Translations under genes and position numbers: made by a program | The notes under the pieces: model-generated | What the model saw: the letters and a program-made list of their open reading frames with translations, nothing else | Databases searched by the model: none | What the model was told of the DNA's origin: nothing | Source: Acutalibacteraceae bacterium | Lineage (GTDB): Bacteria > Bacillota > Clostridia > Oscillospirales > Acutalibacteraceae | Direction of reading: 5' to 3' | NCBI GenBank assembly: GCA_045538815.1 | Contig: JAZQEE010000066.1 | Span: forward strand, 279 to 64,278 | Length of the DNA stretch: 64,000 bases | Part shown: positions 1 to 9,450 of the stretch, piece by piece | How the letters are laid out: each line of letters begins with the position of its first letter | How positions within the stretch are numbered: position 1 is the stretch's first letter

Positions 1-353
1 CCTGTAAGGCTGTTTTTGAAGGTCTGTTCAAAAGCAAGGAACTTCATAATACCAATGTATACTGAAGGATGGAAGCGAAGACCGCCCTTGTAGGGACCTA
101 TTGCTCCATTGAACTGAACTCTGTATCCTGTGTTTATCTGAACCTTGCCGTTATCGTCAACCCAGGTAACTCTGAATGAAATCTGTCTTTCGGGCTCAGC
201 CATTCTTTCAAGAAGTGCGCACTTCTCGTATTCAGGATGCTGCTCAATAACAGGCGCAAGTGATTCATAAACCTCTGTAACGGTCTGAACAAACTCAGGC
301 TCGTTGACATGCTTTTTGGCAATTGCTTCAATTGTACTCTTTACATAACTCAT
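1..353 (-). CDS. gdhA: NADP-specific glutamate dehydrogenase, N-terminal part (gene continues beyond the window edge)
   Basis: The correct frame is missing from the ORF track. The reverse complement from ATG (353) reads MSYVKSTIEAIAKKHVNEPEFVQTVTEVYESL...GYRVQFNGAIGPYKGGLRFHPSV, the conserved N-terminus and K-G-G-x-R-F box of Glu dehydrogenases. AAGGAG RBS at 362-367 (minus). Confidence 0.85.
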   Translation of the reverse strand, partial: MSYVKSTIEAIAKKHVNEPEFVQTVTEVYESLAPVIEQHPEYEKCALLERMAEPERQISFRVTWVDDNGKVQINTGYRVQFNGAIGPYKGGLRFHPSVYIGIMKFLAFEQTFKNSLT

Positions 354-642
354 AACTGATACTCCTTTTCAGCCTTTAAACTCAGTTTATTCGGCTGATA
401 TAAAATTAAACACGGAAAACCGTTTTTTTACCGTTTTAATGCACTAAAATATGCGATATTGATATTTTATACCTCTGAGGCGAAAAATGCAACAATTTTT
501 TGCGTTCTTTCAAAACTTTGTGAAAAATGTTTAATATAGCCTTAAAAGTGTGCTGTTTTTGCAATTTCTCACAAAAAACTTTCAAAAAATGAAATCAAAA
601 CAGCGGCTGAAATAAAAAATGAATGCAAATTTGCATATTTTA

Positions 643-671
643 TTGATAAATGTATGATTTTATGATATTAT
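643..671 (+). promoter_or_regulatory. sigma-A type promoter for the 702 gene
   Basis: TTGATA (643-648), 17-nt spacer, TGa-TATTAT extended -10 (663-671), about 30 nt upstream of the start codon. Confidence 0.5.
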
Positions 672-701
672 TTATTCAGAATTATTTCACGGAGGATTGT
701 T

Positions 702-2024
702 ATGAGTAAGAGGATTATTGTTGCAGGACTCGGTCACGGCGGTATTGCCGCTGCAGCTTTGCTTGCAAAAGAGGGATTTGATGTCACTGTTTACGAAAAG
801 AAAGCAGAGGGTACTCTCGGCTATGACTGGACAGATATTTTCGCGCCCAAGGCGCTCGATGCTGCAGGGATTCCCATGCCCCCTGAAGATAAGTATGAAT
901 ATAAAGAGGATATGACTTTCTTCGGGCCTAATTCAACCGTATCGTTAAAGCAGCGTGTTGCTCCCGATAAGCGTGAAATCAAAATGGAGAGAAGAGATAT
1001 CTATGAGCATCTGATTAACCATGCTCTCGGCTGCGGAGTTAAAATTGAATATGAGTGCGAGGTTATTGCACCTATCATTCTCGGCAGCAGAGTTGTCGGA
1101 ATACAGACTGCTAAGGGCGATGTTTACGGTGATCTTATTATCGATGCATGCGGAATGAATTCTCCCGTAAGAAGGAATCTTCCCGAATGTTTTTCAATTG
1201 AAAAAGAGGCTGAGAGAAACGAAAGAATAACAATATACCGTGCTTTTTATAATGTTGCTTCCGAAGAAGAGGTTGAAGCAAAATTCAAGGTTATGCTTTT
1301 TGCGGGCGGTGAGCTCGGAGTTAACTGGGTTGCAAGCGAAGAGACACACACAGATGTACTTATCGGAAGATTCAACGATTTTGATATGGAAAAAGTTGAA
1401 AGTTTCACCGAATTTCTCCGTCAGTCTAACCCAAGACTCGGAACAGAGAGGGTCAGAGGCGGTCAGTTTGTTGATATTCCCGTTCGTCAGCCGCTTTCAA
1501 TTATGGTGAGCGACGGCTATGCAGCAATCGGTGACAGCGCATTCATGACGGTTCCTCTTATCGGTTCGGGTATTGCTAACGCCCTCAAGGCTGCAGCAAT
1601 GCTTGCGGAAACCGTTATCAAGGATAAAGACGGCGAATTTACTGCCGACACCCTCTGGAGATATCAGGTTGAATACTATAAAAACCTCGGTGCAGGTCTT
1701 GCTCCGCTTGCATGCGGAAAGCTTCTGCTTCTCGGTCTCAGCGCTCAGGATGTTGACTATGTTTTTGACAGCGGTATAATCAATCAGGACGATGTTACCA
1801 TGGATGCAACCTTTACCAATCTTTCGGGTGCATTCAGATTTGATCCGAAGGACTGGGTCAATAAAGCAAAAGGCGTCTGCCGTGACCCTGAGCTTCTCAA
1901 GAAGATTGTTGCCTGCGGCGTAAAAATGGGTAAGGTTTCCGCAGCCTGCGCAATGATGCCCAAGAAGTGGAATAAAGACAGAGTCAAAGCCTGGGCTAAG
2001 GTATATAAATATTCATTCAAGTAA
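702..2024 (+). CDS. FAD-dependent oxidoreductase, geranylgeranyl-reductase-like flavoprotein
   Basis: GGAGG RBS 8 nt upstream. N-terminal Rossmann dinucleotide-binding motif IIVAGLGHGGIAAAALLAKEG...VYEKK. Overall resemblance to geranylgeranyl reductase/FixC-type flavoproteins, recalled from memory. Confidence 0.7.
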   Translation: MSKRIIVAGLGHGGIAAAALLAKEGFDVTVYEKKAEGTLGYDWTDIFAPKALDAAGIPMPPEDKYEYKEDMTFFGPNSTVSLKQRVAPDKREIKMERRDIYEHLINHALGCGVKIEYECEVIAPIILGSRVVGIQTAKGDVYGDLIIDACGMNSPVRRNLPECFSIEKEAERNERITIYRAFYNVASEEEVEAKFKVMLFAGGELGVNWVASEETHTDVLIGRFNDFDMEKVESFTEFLRQSNPRLGTERVRGGQFVDIPVRQPLSIMVSDGYAAIGDSAFMTVPLIGSGIANALKAAAMLAETVIKDKDGEFTADTLWRYQVEYYKNLGAGLAPLACGKLLLLGLSAQDVDYVFDSGIINQDDVTMDATFTNLSGAFRFDPKDWVNKAKGVCRDPELLKKIVACGVKMGKVSAACAMMPKKWNKDRVKAWAKVYKYSFK

Positions 2025-2029
2025 TACAA

Positions 2030-2063
2030 AATCCCTGTGTCAATCAACTGTGACACAGGGATT
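2030..2063. terminator. bidirectional rho-independent hairpin between convergent genes
   Basis: AATCCCTGTGTCA / TGACACAGGGATT, a 13-bp perfect stem, with T-runs on both sides when read on either strand. Confidence 0.75.
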
Positions 2064-2074
2064 CTTATGTTATT

Positions 2075-3343
2075 TTATCTTTTGCTTCTCTCAAGAAAAT
2101 CGTTATAGAGCTGCTGTTTTCTTTCATCGGTATATTCATATGCCCAGAGATTATAAATTCCGTTGAAATCCTCAAAGGTTTCGTCAGGTAAAACTTTTGT
2201 CTGTCCGTAAGCATAGGGCAGGGGGATTTCAACCGTGCCGTTTGAAGCGATATGATATTCTTTTGAAAGCTCAATTGCAACGCGGTTTGATTCCTGACGG
2301 GGAAGCTCTTCATCAAACTTGATTTCCGTTATCGGGAAAAGTATGCACGGCGCATCGGCATATCTGTAAAACTGCGGAGAAGTGCCCGAATGACCGTGGT
2401 GCGACATCTGCATAACATCGCATTTGAGATGCTCTCTGTAACGGCGCAGGAAAACCTTGTCGCTCTCTGCTGAGCTGTCGCCTGGGAAAAGCACTTTGCA
2501 CCCGTCAACCGTCATCATAAGTGAGGTTGAAGTATTGTTGAAATCAGAGAAATGCGCGGGATGAATATCTTCATGAGTACAGAGCACTTCAAATTCAAGG
2601 TTGCCGATGAAGAAATGCTGACCCGTATGCAGTCTGATTTTCTTAACATCTTCGTTTTTGTCCATCGTTGTTTCAAAGCGTTCAAGAAGTCTGATTGCAG
2701 GAGTTCCCCAATAGAATCCGTCAGGGTTATCGGGCGAGGGAAAATTATAATATACCGCTTTTATTTCTATTTCGTCCTTATGATAGTCAATAACATCAAG
2801 GAATTTGCAGATATGGTCATCGTGAGCGTGAGAGAAAAACCAGCCTGAAACGACGGGCTTTTTACCGCCGTTCATCTTTTTTAAAAATTCGCATATTCTG
2901 ATATCGTCATTGACGGAATAGGTGTGCGCACTGTCGATAACAAAAAATGAACCGTCGGCGCATCTTACAAAATAGCACATACCGCAGTCAATCAGTGAAT
3001 GATCAACCTCAAACTGCCAGAGAACGGGCGAAAGTCCGTTTCCGCATTCGGGCTGTCTGCTGTATGCGGGCAAATCGGGGTCTGCAATAACTCTTATTGT
3101 GTTTTCGCTTTCGCAATAGTATGTATGAACGGTAATTTCCGAAAAATATGTTGCGTGATAGTTGTCTGTGATTACTGTATAGTCATACTTCTGAAAACCG
3201 CCGTTTTCAAGCTTCTTGCAGTATCCGTCAAAATCGGATTTTTCGCAGTTTTCAAAGCGCAGAAGATAAGTATCCCTTCCGCAGTAATATTCATCGGTTG
3301 CCGTTTTTTCGGGAAGCGGAATGCCGTTGAAAATTTCGTTCAT
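2075..3343 (-). CDS. MBL-fold metallo-hydrolase with an unassigned N-terminal domain
   Basis: AGGAGG RBS. HxHxDH motif (SHAHDDH) and later HHGH. No signal peptide. The first ~110 aa match nothing I recognise. Confidence 0.7.
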   Translation of the reverse strand: MNEIFNGIPLPEKTATDEYYCGRDTYLLRFENCEKSDFDGYCKKLENGGFQKYDYTVITDNYHATYFSEITVHTYYCESENTIRVIADPDLPAYSRQPECGNGLSPVLWQFEVDHSLIDCGMCYFVRCADGSFFVIDSAHTYSVNDDIRICEFLKKMNGGKKPVVSGWFFSHAHDDHICKFLDVIDYHKDEIEIKAVYYNFPSPDNPDGFYWGTPAIRLLERFETTMDKNEDVKKIRLHTGQHFFIGNLEFEVLCTHEDIHPAHFSDFNNTSTSLMMTVDGCKVLFPGDSSAESDKVFLRRYREHLKCDVMQMSHHGHSGTSPQFYRYADAPCILFPITEIKFDEELPRQESNRVAIELSKEYHIASNGTVEIPLPYAYGQTKVLPDETFEDFNGIYNLWAYEYTDERKQQLYNDFLERSKR

Positions 3344-3444
3344 TTTAACAAGCCTCCTTTTGGTTGCCTGTTACAAATTATACCATATTGCAAACACACC
3401 TGCAATGAATAATGTTAATTTTTTGTAGCTTTTTTTAATTTTTA

Positions 3445-3473
3445 TTGCATTGCGTTATTAAGGGTGATAGAAT
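3445..3473 (+). promoter_or_regulatory. sigma-A type promoter for the 3507 lipase-like gene
   Basis: TTGCAT (3445-3450), 17-nt spacer, TGa-TAGAAT extended -10 (3465-3473). Confidence 0.5.
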
Positions 3474-3506
3474 TAAAAAGTAATAAAAACAAAGGGGGAA
3501 TCTGAC

Positions 3507-5396
3507 TTGAAAAGAATACTTTCTTTTCTGCTTGCGGCAGTAATGATAATATCATGTTTATCGGTCAACGCTTTCGCAAACAGTGAAAAAGAAAATGACC
3601 CCATAATTCTGATTTCGGGCTTTATGTGTTCTCAGCTTTATCTGAATTTCGGTAAAGAAAATGAAGAGAAGATCTGGGGGCCGAGCGCAGATATAATTTT
3701 TGACAGAATAAAAGACGATTTTCCGAATTTTGCAAAATCGCTTGCAGGTCTTATTAAAGGAAACAAGGAAAAATTCGGTGAGACTCTGGGAGAGGGTGCA
3801 AAAGCGGTTCTCGGAAAGCTTACCTGCAACCCCGACGGAAGCTCTGTTTATCCCGTATCTCATTATCCCAACAATCCCGCAACCTCAAATCTTGAGTATA
3901 TGCTTGGAGATGAGGAAATCCGTGAATATATGTATGAAAAGCCGTTCTGTGAATACCTTGCGGGCGAAACAGATCCGTCAAGGGTGTTTATGTTTCAGTA
4001 TGATTCAAGGCTTGACGCGATAACGAATGCGGACAGTCTGCGTGAATTTATAAAAGAAGTGAAGGCATACACAAATTCCGATAAAGTCAGCATTTTTGCG
4101 CTGAGCTTCGGCGGTCTGATAACCTCAACATATCTTACTTATTATTCGCAGGAAAATGATGTAGGCAAGGCAGTTCTCAGCGTTCCTGCGCTCGGCGGTA
4201 CGGATTTGCCTTACCGTATTTTAAAAGGCAAAATAGACCTTGCTCTTGAAGATCTTGTTGAATTCCTTGAAACCGCAGTCGGCGGTGAAAGCAATTTTGC
4301 CAGAATATTCGAATATGCGGAAAGACTTGACGATCTCAATGAAATTGCGGCGGCAGCCTGCACGGGCGGTGTGAGTGATGTTGTTAAATACTGGGGCAGT
4401 CTGTGGTCTCTTTGCTCAACGGAATACTATGAAGAATTAAAAGCGGAATTCCTTGATGCTGCTGAAAATAAGTTGCTTATTGAAAAGACCGACATGGTGC
4501 ATTATGAGGTTATGGAGAACCTAACCGAAACCTTCGCAGCATGCAAAGAAAAGGGGATTGACATATCAATTCTCTGCGGAACCGGAAGCAGCCTTTGTCT
4601 GGGCGGCGAGAATAACGGAGATGTCATTCTTCCCGCAAAAGGTGTTTCGGGCGCCGTCTGCACCCCTTTAGGCAAGAGATTTGCGCATGGCTATTCAGGT
4701 GTAAAAACAACCTGCCGAGATTCGTCTCATAATCATATTTCTCCCTCTATGCAGGTTGATGCTTCGGGTGCGTATCTGCCCGAAAACACCTGGTTTATTG
4801 AAGGTCAGTTTCATGGGCAGTATTATTATGAAGAATATACCCGCTCGCTCGTTACGAAGCTTCTTCTGACAGATGATATAAGAGATATTTACTCCGACCC
4901 TGATTATCCTCAATTTGAATCGTCAAATCATTCCTACAGAACCGTTCATGCAGGCTTTGACAAAAGCTTGTCAGGTTATATCAGCAATGATGATAAAACG
5001 CTGACAATAACGAATGTAAGCGAAACGAACGATATAAAGCTTCTGTCGGTTATTGCATACGGCGCAGACGTCGGATTTGATATTTCGGGCACGGGGATTG
5101 TTTCTGACGGTGAAACTGTTTCAATTCCTTTTGAGGGGGATTTTGATAAAAGCCCCGTACAGCTGACAGTCAATTATTTTGAAATCGGAAGTCTTACTCC
5201 GTTCAGTTCATGTAAATTCGTTTTTACGGTAAACGGCGGTGAGATTAAGCCATATGCAGATATGTTTGCTGACAGTGAATATCAGAGCATTTTCAGAAAC
5301 GAAGCTCCTGAATGGCTTTATAATATTCTTGAAAAGCTTTCAATCAAGCGGGGAATAGAATGTATTTATGATTCCGTAATTTATTTTGTCAAATAG
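3507..5396 (+). CDS. secreted alpha/beta-hydrolase, LCAT/PGAP1-like lipase or esterase with a C-terminal extension
   Basis: TTG start after a GGGGGA RBS. Signal peptide MKRILSFLLAAVMIISCLSVNAFA. PIILISGFMCSQLY and the nucleophile-elbow-like FALSFGG are typical of LCAT-like lipases. The last ~250 aa are unassigned. Confidence 0.55.
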   Translation: MKRILSFLLAAVMIISCLSVNAFANSEKENDPIILISGFMCSQLYLNFGKENEEKIWGPSADIIFDRIKDDFPNFAKSLAGLIKGNKEKFGETLGEGAKAVLGKLTCNPDGSSVYPVSHYPNNPATSNLEYMLGDEEIREYMYEKPFCEYLAGETDPSRVFMFQYDSRLDAITNADSLREFIKEVKAYTNSDKVSIFALSFGGLITSTYLTYYSQENDVGKAVLSVPALGGTDLPYRILKGKIDLALEDLVEFLETAVGGESNFARIFEYAERLDDLNEIAAAACTGGVSDVVKYWGSLWSLCSTEYYEELKAEFLDAAENKLLIEKTDMVHYEVMENLTETFAACKEKGIDISILCGTGSSLCLGGENNGDVILPAKGVSGAVCTPLGKRFAHGYSGVKTTCRDSSHNHISPSMQVDASGAYLPENTWFIEGQFHGQYYYEEYTRSLVTKLLLTDDIRDIYSDPDYPQFESSNHSYRTVHAGFDKSLSGYISNDDKTLTITNVSETNDIKLLSVIAYGADVGFDISGTGIVSDGETVSIPFEGDFDKSPVQLTVNYFEIGSLTPFSSCKFVFTVNGGEIKPYADMFADSEYQSIFRNEAPEWLYNILEKLSIKRGIECIYDSVIYFVK

Positions 5397-5400
5397 AAAA

Positions 5401-5437
5401 ACACGCTGAAAGTGATTGCCTTTCAGCGTGTTCTTTT
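5401..5437. terminator. bidirectional hairpin between convergent genes
   Basis: ACACGCTGAAAG / CTTTCAGCGTGT 12-bp stem followed by TCTTTTAT. It overlaps the stop of the minus-strand MATE gene. Confidence 0.7.
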
Positions 5438-6794
5438 ATCCGTCAGTAAGATTTCTTATCCATTTTTTGCTTTTGAATCTTATGAGGCTGAGTATTGTTT
5501 TCGGCAGGTCTTCGCAGATGTACATTGCCGCTATAAGGTAAATGAAATCTACTTTTGCTACAAGACCGAGGTAGCAAACAACGGGAATGCCGGCAAGATA
5601 AAGGGATAAGCAGTCATATACAATGCCGATTTTTGTGTCGCCGCCTGCTCTGAAGGTGCCGACAATCAGAGTATAGGGAATGTTTCTTATCGGAAGCCAC
5701 AAGCAGTAAACAACAATCAGTGCAGAAGCGAGGTCAAATGCGCCCTGAGTCTCAATGTCGAGAAGCGAGAGCAATGGATTTCTGAAAGTTACAAGCACAG
5801 AGCCTGTCAGAATTCCGATAATCGGAGTCATGATAACGAATTTTTTAGCAAGTTTGTATGCTTCGGATTCTTTGCCTTCTCCGATTGTTTTGCCCGTCAT
5901 AATCGAACATGCGTGACATATACCTACGAAGAAAACGAAAGCAATCTGCTCAATTGAGCTGAAAATTGTGTAGCCTGCATATGCTTCGCTGCCCTGCCTT
6001 GCAAATACCATTGAATATATGTTTGTTCCGATAGCCCAGATGCCTTCATTGAAAACAACGGGAAGGGCAACAACCGAAAACCTTTTCACAAAAGCCGTGT
6101 TGAAGCTGAAATAGGTTCTGAGCGGAGCTTTGAAAACTTGTTTAGTTGTTCTGATTGAAATGAAAAGAATAATTGCCTGAACGGCAGTTGAAATAAGCGT
6201 TGCAATCGCAGCACCTCTTATTCCCATTGAGGGGAAACCGAGCTTTCCGTTGATAAGAATATAGTTGAGGGAAGTGTTGATGCAAACGGCGATAATTGAG
6301 GTGACAAGCGGAGTGTTGACCTTTTCTGTTGCACGCAGAACGGTACATGTAACCTGATTGAATGCGCCGAAAACACCCATGAATGCAACAATTCTCATGT
6401 ATTTTATTGATTCTGCAATAACGGGTGCTTCATCAGTGAAAACCTTTGCAAGATATCCGGGAATAAAAAACATTGCAAGGCAGAAGCAGACTGCAACGGA
6501 AAATCCGAAAAGCAGCGCAACGCCGTAAGATTTGCGGATATTGTCTTTTTCCTTCGCGCCCCAGAACTGCGAAATGAGTGAGGCGGAACCCGAGGAAATT
6601 CCGAAATAGAAGAGATTCATCAGAAATATCCATCTTGAGGAAACGCCGACTGCGGAAACAGCAACATTGCCGAGTCCCGTTACCATAGCCGTGTCTATCA
6701 GCTGAGCGCAGGAAACAAGAAGCTGCTGTGCGGCAATGGGCAGCGCAAGCCGCGCCATATTCTTGAAAAAACCGCTTTTTGACTCTGAATTCAT
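5436..6794 (-). CDS. MATE family efflux transporter
   Basis: 452 aa with a polytopic hydrophobic profile. The N-terminus LALPIAAQQLLVSCAQLIDTAMVTGLG is typical of the NorM/MATE family. GGGAG RBS. Confidence 0.85.
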   Translation of the reverse strand: MNSESKSGFFKNMARLALPIAAQQLLVSCAQLIDTAMVTGLGNVAVSAVGVSSRWIFLMNLFYFGISSGSASLISQFWGAKEKDNIRKSYGVALLFGFSVAVCFCLAMFFIPGYLAKVFTDEAPVIAESIKYMRIVAFMGVFGAFNQVTCTVLRATEKVNTPLVTSIIAVCINTSLNYILINGKLGFPSMGIRGAAIATLISTAVQAIILFISIRTTKQVFKAPLRTYFSFNTAFVKRFSVVALPVVFNEGIWAIGTNIYSMVFARQGSEAYAGYTIFSSIEQIAFVFFVGICHACSIMTGKTIGEGKESEAYKLAKKFVIMTPIIGILTGSVLVTFRNPLLSLLDIETQGAFDLASALIVVYCLWLPIRNIPYTLIVGTFRAGGDTKIGIVYDCLSLYLAGIPVVCYLGLVAKVDFIYLIAAMYICEDLPKTILSLIRFKSKKWIRNLTDG

Positions 6795-6952
6795 TATTGT
6801 TCTCCCTTTTTGTTAATCCAGTCTATTCTATTTGAAAAAACATCAAATGTCAACAGAACATTTTATTTATATTTAAGACTTTATCTATTGATTTTTGACA
6901 ATCAGTGCGTTATAATGCATTCGTATAAATTTTTTTACAGAAGGTGTTTTTT

Positions 6953-7846
6953 ATGGCAAACTACAATGAGTATTCAGGCGTTTATTCTCTGCTTTTAACT
7001 CCCTTCAAATGGGATAAGAGCGTTGACTACAAAGCATATGAAGAATATGTTGCGTGGCAGGCAGGCTTCAAGCCTCAGCATCTTTTCGCTGTCTGCGGCT
7101 CATCTGAAATGATGGAGCTCACTCCCGAAGAAAGAATCAAGTGTGCAGGTCTTGCAGTAAAGAATTCAAACGGTGTTCCGGTTTATGCTACAGGCAACCT
7201 TGCAGAAACTTTTGACGCTCAGGTTGAAGAAATGAAAGAGCTTGAGCAGCAGGGTGTAAGCGGTCTTGTTTTTGTAACCAAGGGTATGTGCGACAGACCC
7301 GCTCAGCTTTTTGATTATCTTATGGAGCTTACAAGCAAAACCGAGCTTCCCGTAATTCTTTATGAATTCCCCGGTCTAAGACCTCACCTCATGGATGCTG
7401 AAACCTACGGAAAGCTTGCTGCAACCGGCAAGATTCAGGGCATCAAGGACACAACCTGCACAATGCCTTCAATCGAAGCAAAGATTGCTGTACAGGGCGA
7501 TTCAAACGTTCTTCAGGCAAACATTCCTCTCCTTTACGATTCATATGTAAAGGGCGCAAGAGGTGTTATCGCAACTCCCACCTCATGCGGCGCAGGTCTC
7601 TTTGTCAAGATGTGGGATGAATTCGTCAAGGGCGACCTTGAGGCTGCAAAAGAAACTCATCAGCAGATTATTCTTCTTGATAATGCCATTGATTCAGGCT
7701 TCTGCGCAAGTGCAAAATATCTTGTAAGTCTTCAGGGTATCAACATGGGCTGGCACACAAGAGGCGCACACAACCTTGGCCCCGCAAGACTCAGATCAAT
7801 CGAGGTTTATCACGATTGGGCTAAGGCAAACGGTATTCTTGACTAA
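6953..7846 (+). CDS. DHDPS/N-acetylneuraminate-lyase family class I aldolase (a DapA paralogue, not clearly DapA)
   Basis: ATG at 6953 preferred (AGAAGGTG RBS). Schiff-base lysine context QGIKDTT. YEFPG replaces the usual YNxP and GSSEM replaces GTTGE, so substrate specificity is uncertain. Confidence 0.75.
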   Translation: MANYNEYSGVYSLLLTPFKWDKSVDYKAYEEYVAWQAGFKPQHLFAVCGSSEMMELTPEERIKCAGLAVKNSNGVPVYATGNLAETFDAQVEEMKELEQQGVSGLVFVTKGMCDRPAQLFDYLMELTSKTELPVILYEFPGLRPHLMDAETYGKLAATGKIQGIKDTTCTMPSIEAKIAVQGDSNVLQANIPLLYDSYVKGARGVIATPTSCGAGLFVKMWDEFVKGDLEAAKETHQQIILLDNAIDSGFCASAKYLVSLQGINMGWHTRGAHNLGPARLRSIEVYHDWAKANGILD

Positions 7847-7873
7847 TTTTTTTGTATATAATCGGGGGTAAGT

Positions 7874-9388
7874 ATGAAGAAGCTTAAAGCGAATGTCTGC
7901 GCTGTAACTCATGCAGGCAGAATCCGCAGAGAGAATGAAGATAACTACAGCCTTAACGGAAGACTGACTTCTACGGGCGATTTGCGCAAGGGTTCGGCCT
8001 TTGTGCAGAATATGGCAGAGCCGTTCCATCTTTCTGTCTGTGACGGTATGGGCGGCGAAAGCTACGGTGAGCTTGCTTCGGGAATTGCAAACGAAACAAT
8101 TGCCGCTCATGCTTCAACGGTTTATGAAAGCGGAGAGGATTTCAGCTTTGCAATCTCAAACTGTCTTGATGATGCAAACGGCAGAATCTGCGCTGAAATC
8201 AACGCAAGAGGCAAGCGCATGGGAACAACTCTTGCCGCAATGTTTGCGGTAAAGGGCAAGCTTCTCTGCGTCAATATCGGTGACACAAGAATCTATCATT
8301 ATTCCAAGGGAATCCTTGAGCAAATAAGCTTTGACCATACTCACGCACAGACAATTGTTGATGCGGGTCAGGCTCAGATGGATGATATGTACCGCATACC
8401 CGATGCCAAGAGACTCACGCGCCACCTCGGCGTTTTTCCCGAGGAAGCAAATCTTTCGCCCAATATCAGTGTTATTGACGATGTTGATGACGGAGATCTT
8501 GTTCTTCTCTGCAGTGACGGTCTTACCGATATGCTCAGTGATGACGATATCACCGCAATTCTTTCAACGGCTGAAAGCGCTCAGGATGTTGCAAGCAAGC
8601 TTGTCAAATCCGCACTTGAAAGAGGCGGGAAAGATAATATTACCGTTATTGCGGCAACCATGAGCGTTGAAGAAACCGCGATTTTTACTCCCATTGCAGC
8701 AGCGATGGTGGGCGACAGTGACGCTGATTATGAGGATGAATACCGTAACAGCTACGGCGCAAATCAGATGCCAGATGAAGAAAACGCTGTTTCTCCTTAT
8801 GCAAATGCAGATGCAAGAGCATATAAGAAACCCATAGACAAGAATCAGATTCTTAAAATTGCGGGAATCGTTGTCGGTGCGCTTGCAGTTGTGCTGATTG
8901 CAGTGCTTATTATCAAAGCTGCCGTAGGCGGCGCAGGAAATGAAGATTCAACTTCAACAACCACCGCTCCCGTCTATACATATCCTCCCACTTCGGCAAC
9001 AACCTCTCCGTGGACAACATGGAATATGCAGACCACCACTACCGAGGAAGACACTTCAACAACCACCGAAGAGGACGATACAACATCAACAACCAAAAAG
9101 AAAAAGCCTTCTTCAACAACCACCACCAAGAAGAAGAAACCCACTACAACTACCACAAAACCCAAAGCAACAACAACGAAGGCTGAAACAACAACCGAGA
9201 AGCAGAGCACAACAACAGAAAAACAGGAAACAACAACTGAAAACTCTGCGACAACAACCGAGAATCAGTCAACAACCGAAGCTTCGGAAACAACAACTGA
9301 AAACTCTGAAACAACTGCACAGAGCTCGGAAACAACAACCGAAAGCTCAGAGCAGCAGGGCGAACAGAACCAGACCCCCGCTGAATAA
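7874..9388 (+). CDS. PP2C-family Ser/Thr phosphatase, membrane-anchored, with a Thr-rich extracytoplasmic tail
   Basis: PP2C motifs (HAGRIRRENEDN, SVCDGMGG, LLCSDGLTDM, GGKDNITV). One TM helix (ILKIAGIVVGALAVVLIAVLII, about 8848-8925). A ~150-aa Thr/Lys/Glu/Ser low-complexity tail follows. Confidence 0.85.
   Translation: MKKLKANVCAVTHAGRIRRENEDNYSLNGRLTSTGDLRKGSAFVQNMAEPFHLSVCDGMGGESYGELASGIANETIAAHASTVYESGEDFSFAISNCLDDANGRICAEINARGKRMGTTLAAMFAVKGKLLCVNIGDTRIYHYSKGILEQISFDHTHAQTIVDAGQAQMDDMYRIPDAKRLTRHLGVFPEEANLSPNISVIDDVDDGDLVLLCSDGLTDMLSDDDITAILSTAESAQDVASKLVKSALERGGKDNITVIAATMSVEETAIFTPIAAAMVGDSDADYEDEYRNSYGANQMPDEENAVSPYANADARAYKKPIDKNQILKIAGIVVGALAVVLIAVLIIKAAVGGAGNEDSTSTTTAPVYTYPPTSATTSPWTTWNMQTTTTEEDTSTTTEEDDTTSTTKKKKPSSTTTTKKKKPTTTTTKPKATTTKAETTTEKQSTTTEKQETTTENSATTTENQSTTEASETTTENSETTAQSSETTTESSEQQGEQNQTPAE
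9226..9308 (+). repeat. 60-bp-period direct repeat inside the Thr-rich tail
   Basis: GGAAACAACAACTGAAAACTCTG occurs at 9226-9248 and again at 9286-9308 (ETTTENS... units). Confidence 0.8.
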
Positions 9389-9405
9389 ATTTTATAAAAA
9401 AGATT

Positions 9406-9450
9406 AACCTCTGTATTTCCGATTAACGGAAACACAGAGGTTATTTTTTT
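9406..9450. terminator. hairpin terminator between convergent genes
   Basis: AACCTCTGT...ACAGAGGTT stem followed by TTATTTTTTT. Confidence 0.75.

Noticed and set aside
134-331. 65-aa minus-strand ORF from the track at the left edge
   Set aside because: It lies in a different frame inside the clearly recognisable gdhA N-terminal coding region (frame starting at ATG 353) and has no RBS.
8940-9407. 155-aa plus-strand ORF rich in Q/P/R/K overlapping the end of the PP2C gene, plus minus-strand ORFs 8974-9210 and 9150-9338
   Set aside because: These are alternative-frame readings of the ACN/AAR-rich Thr-Lys low-complexity tail. Open frames are expected from the repetitive composition, and none has an RBS.
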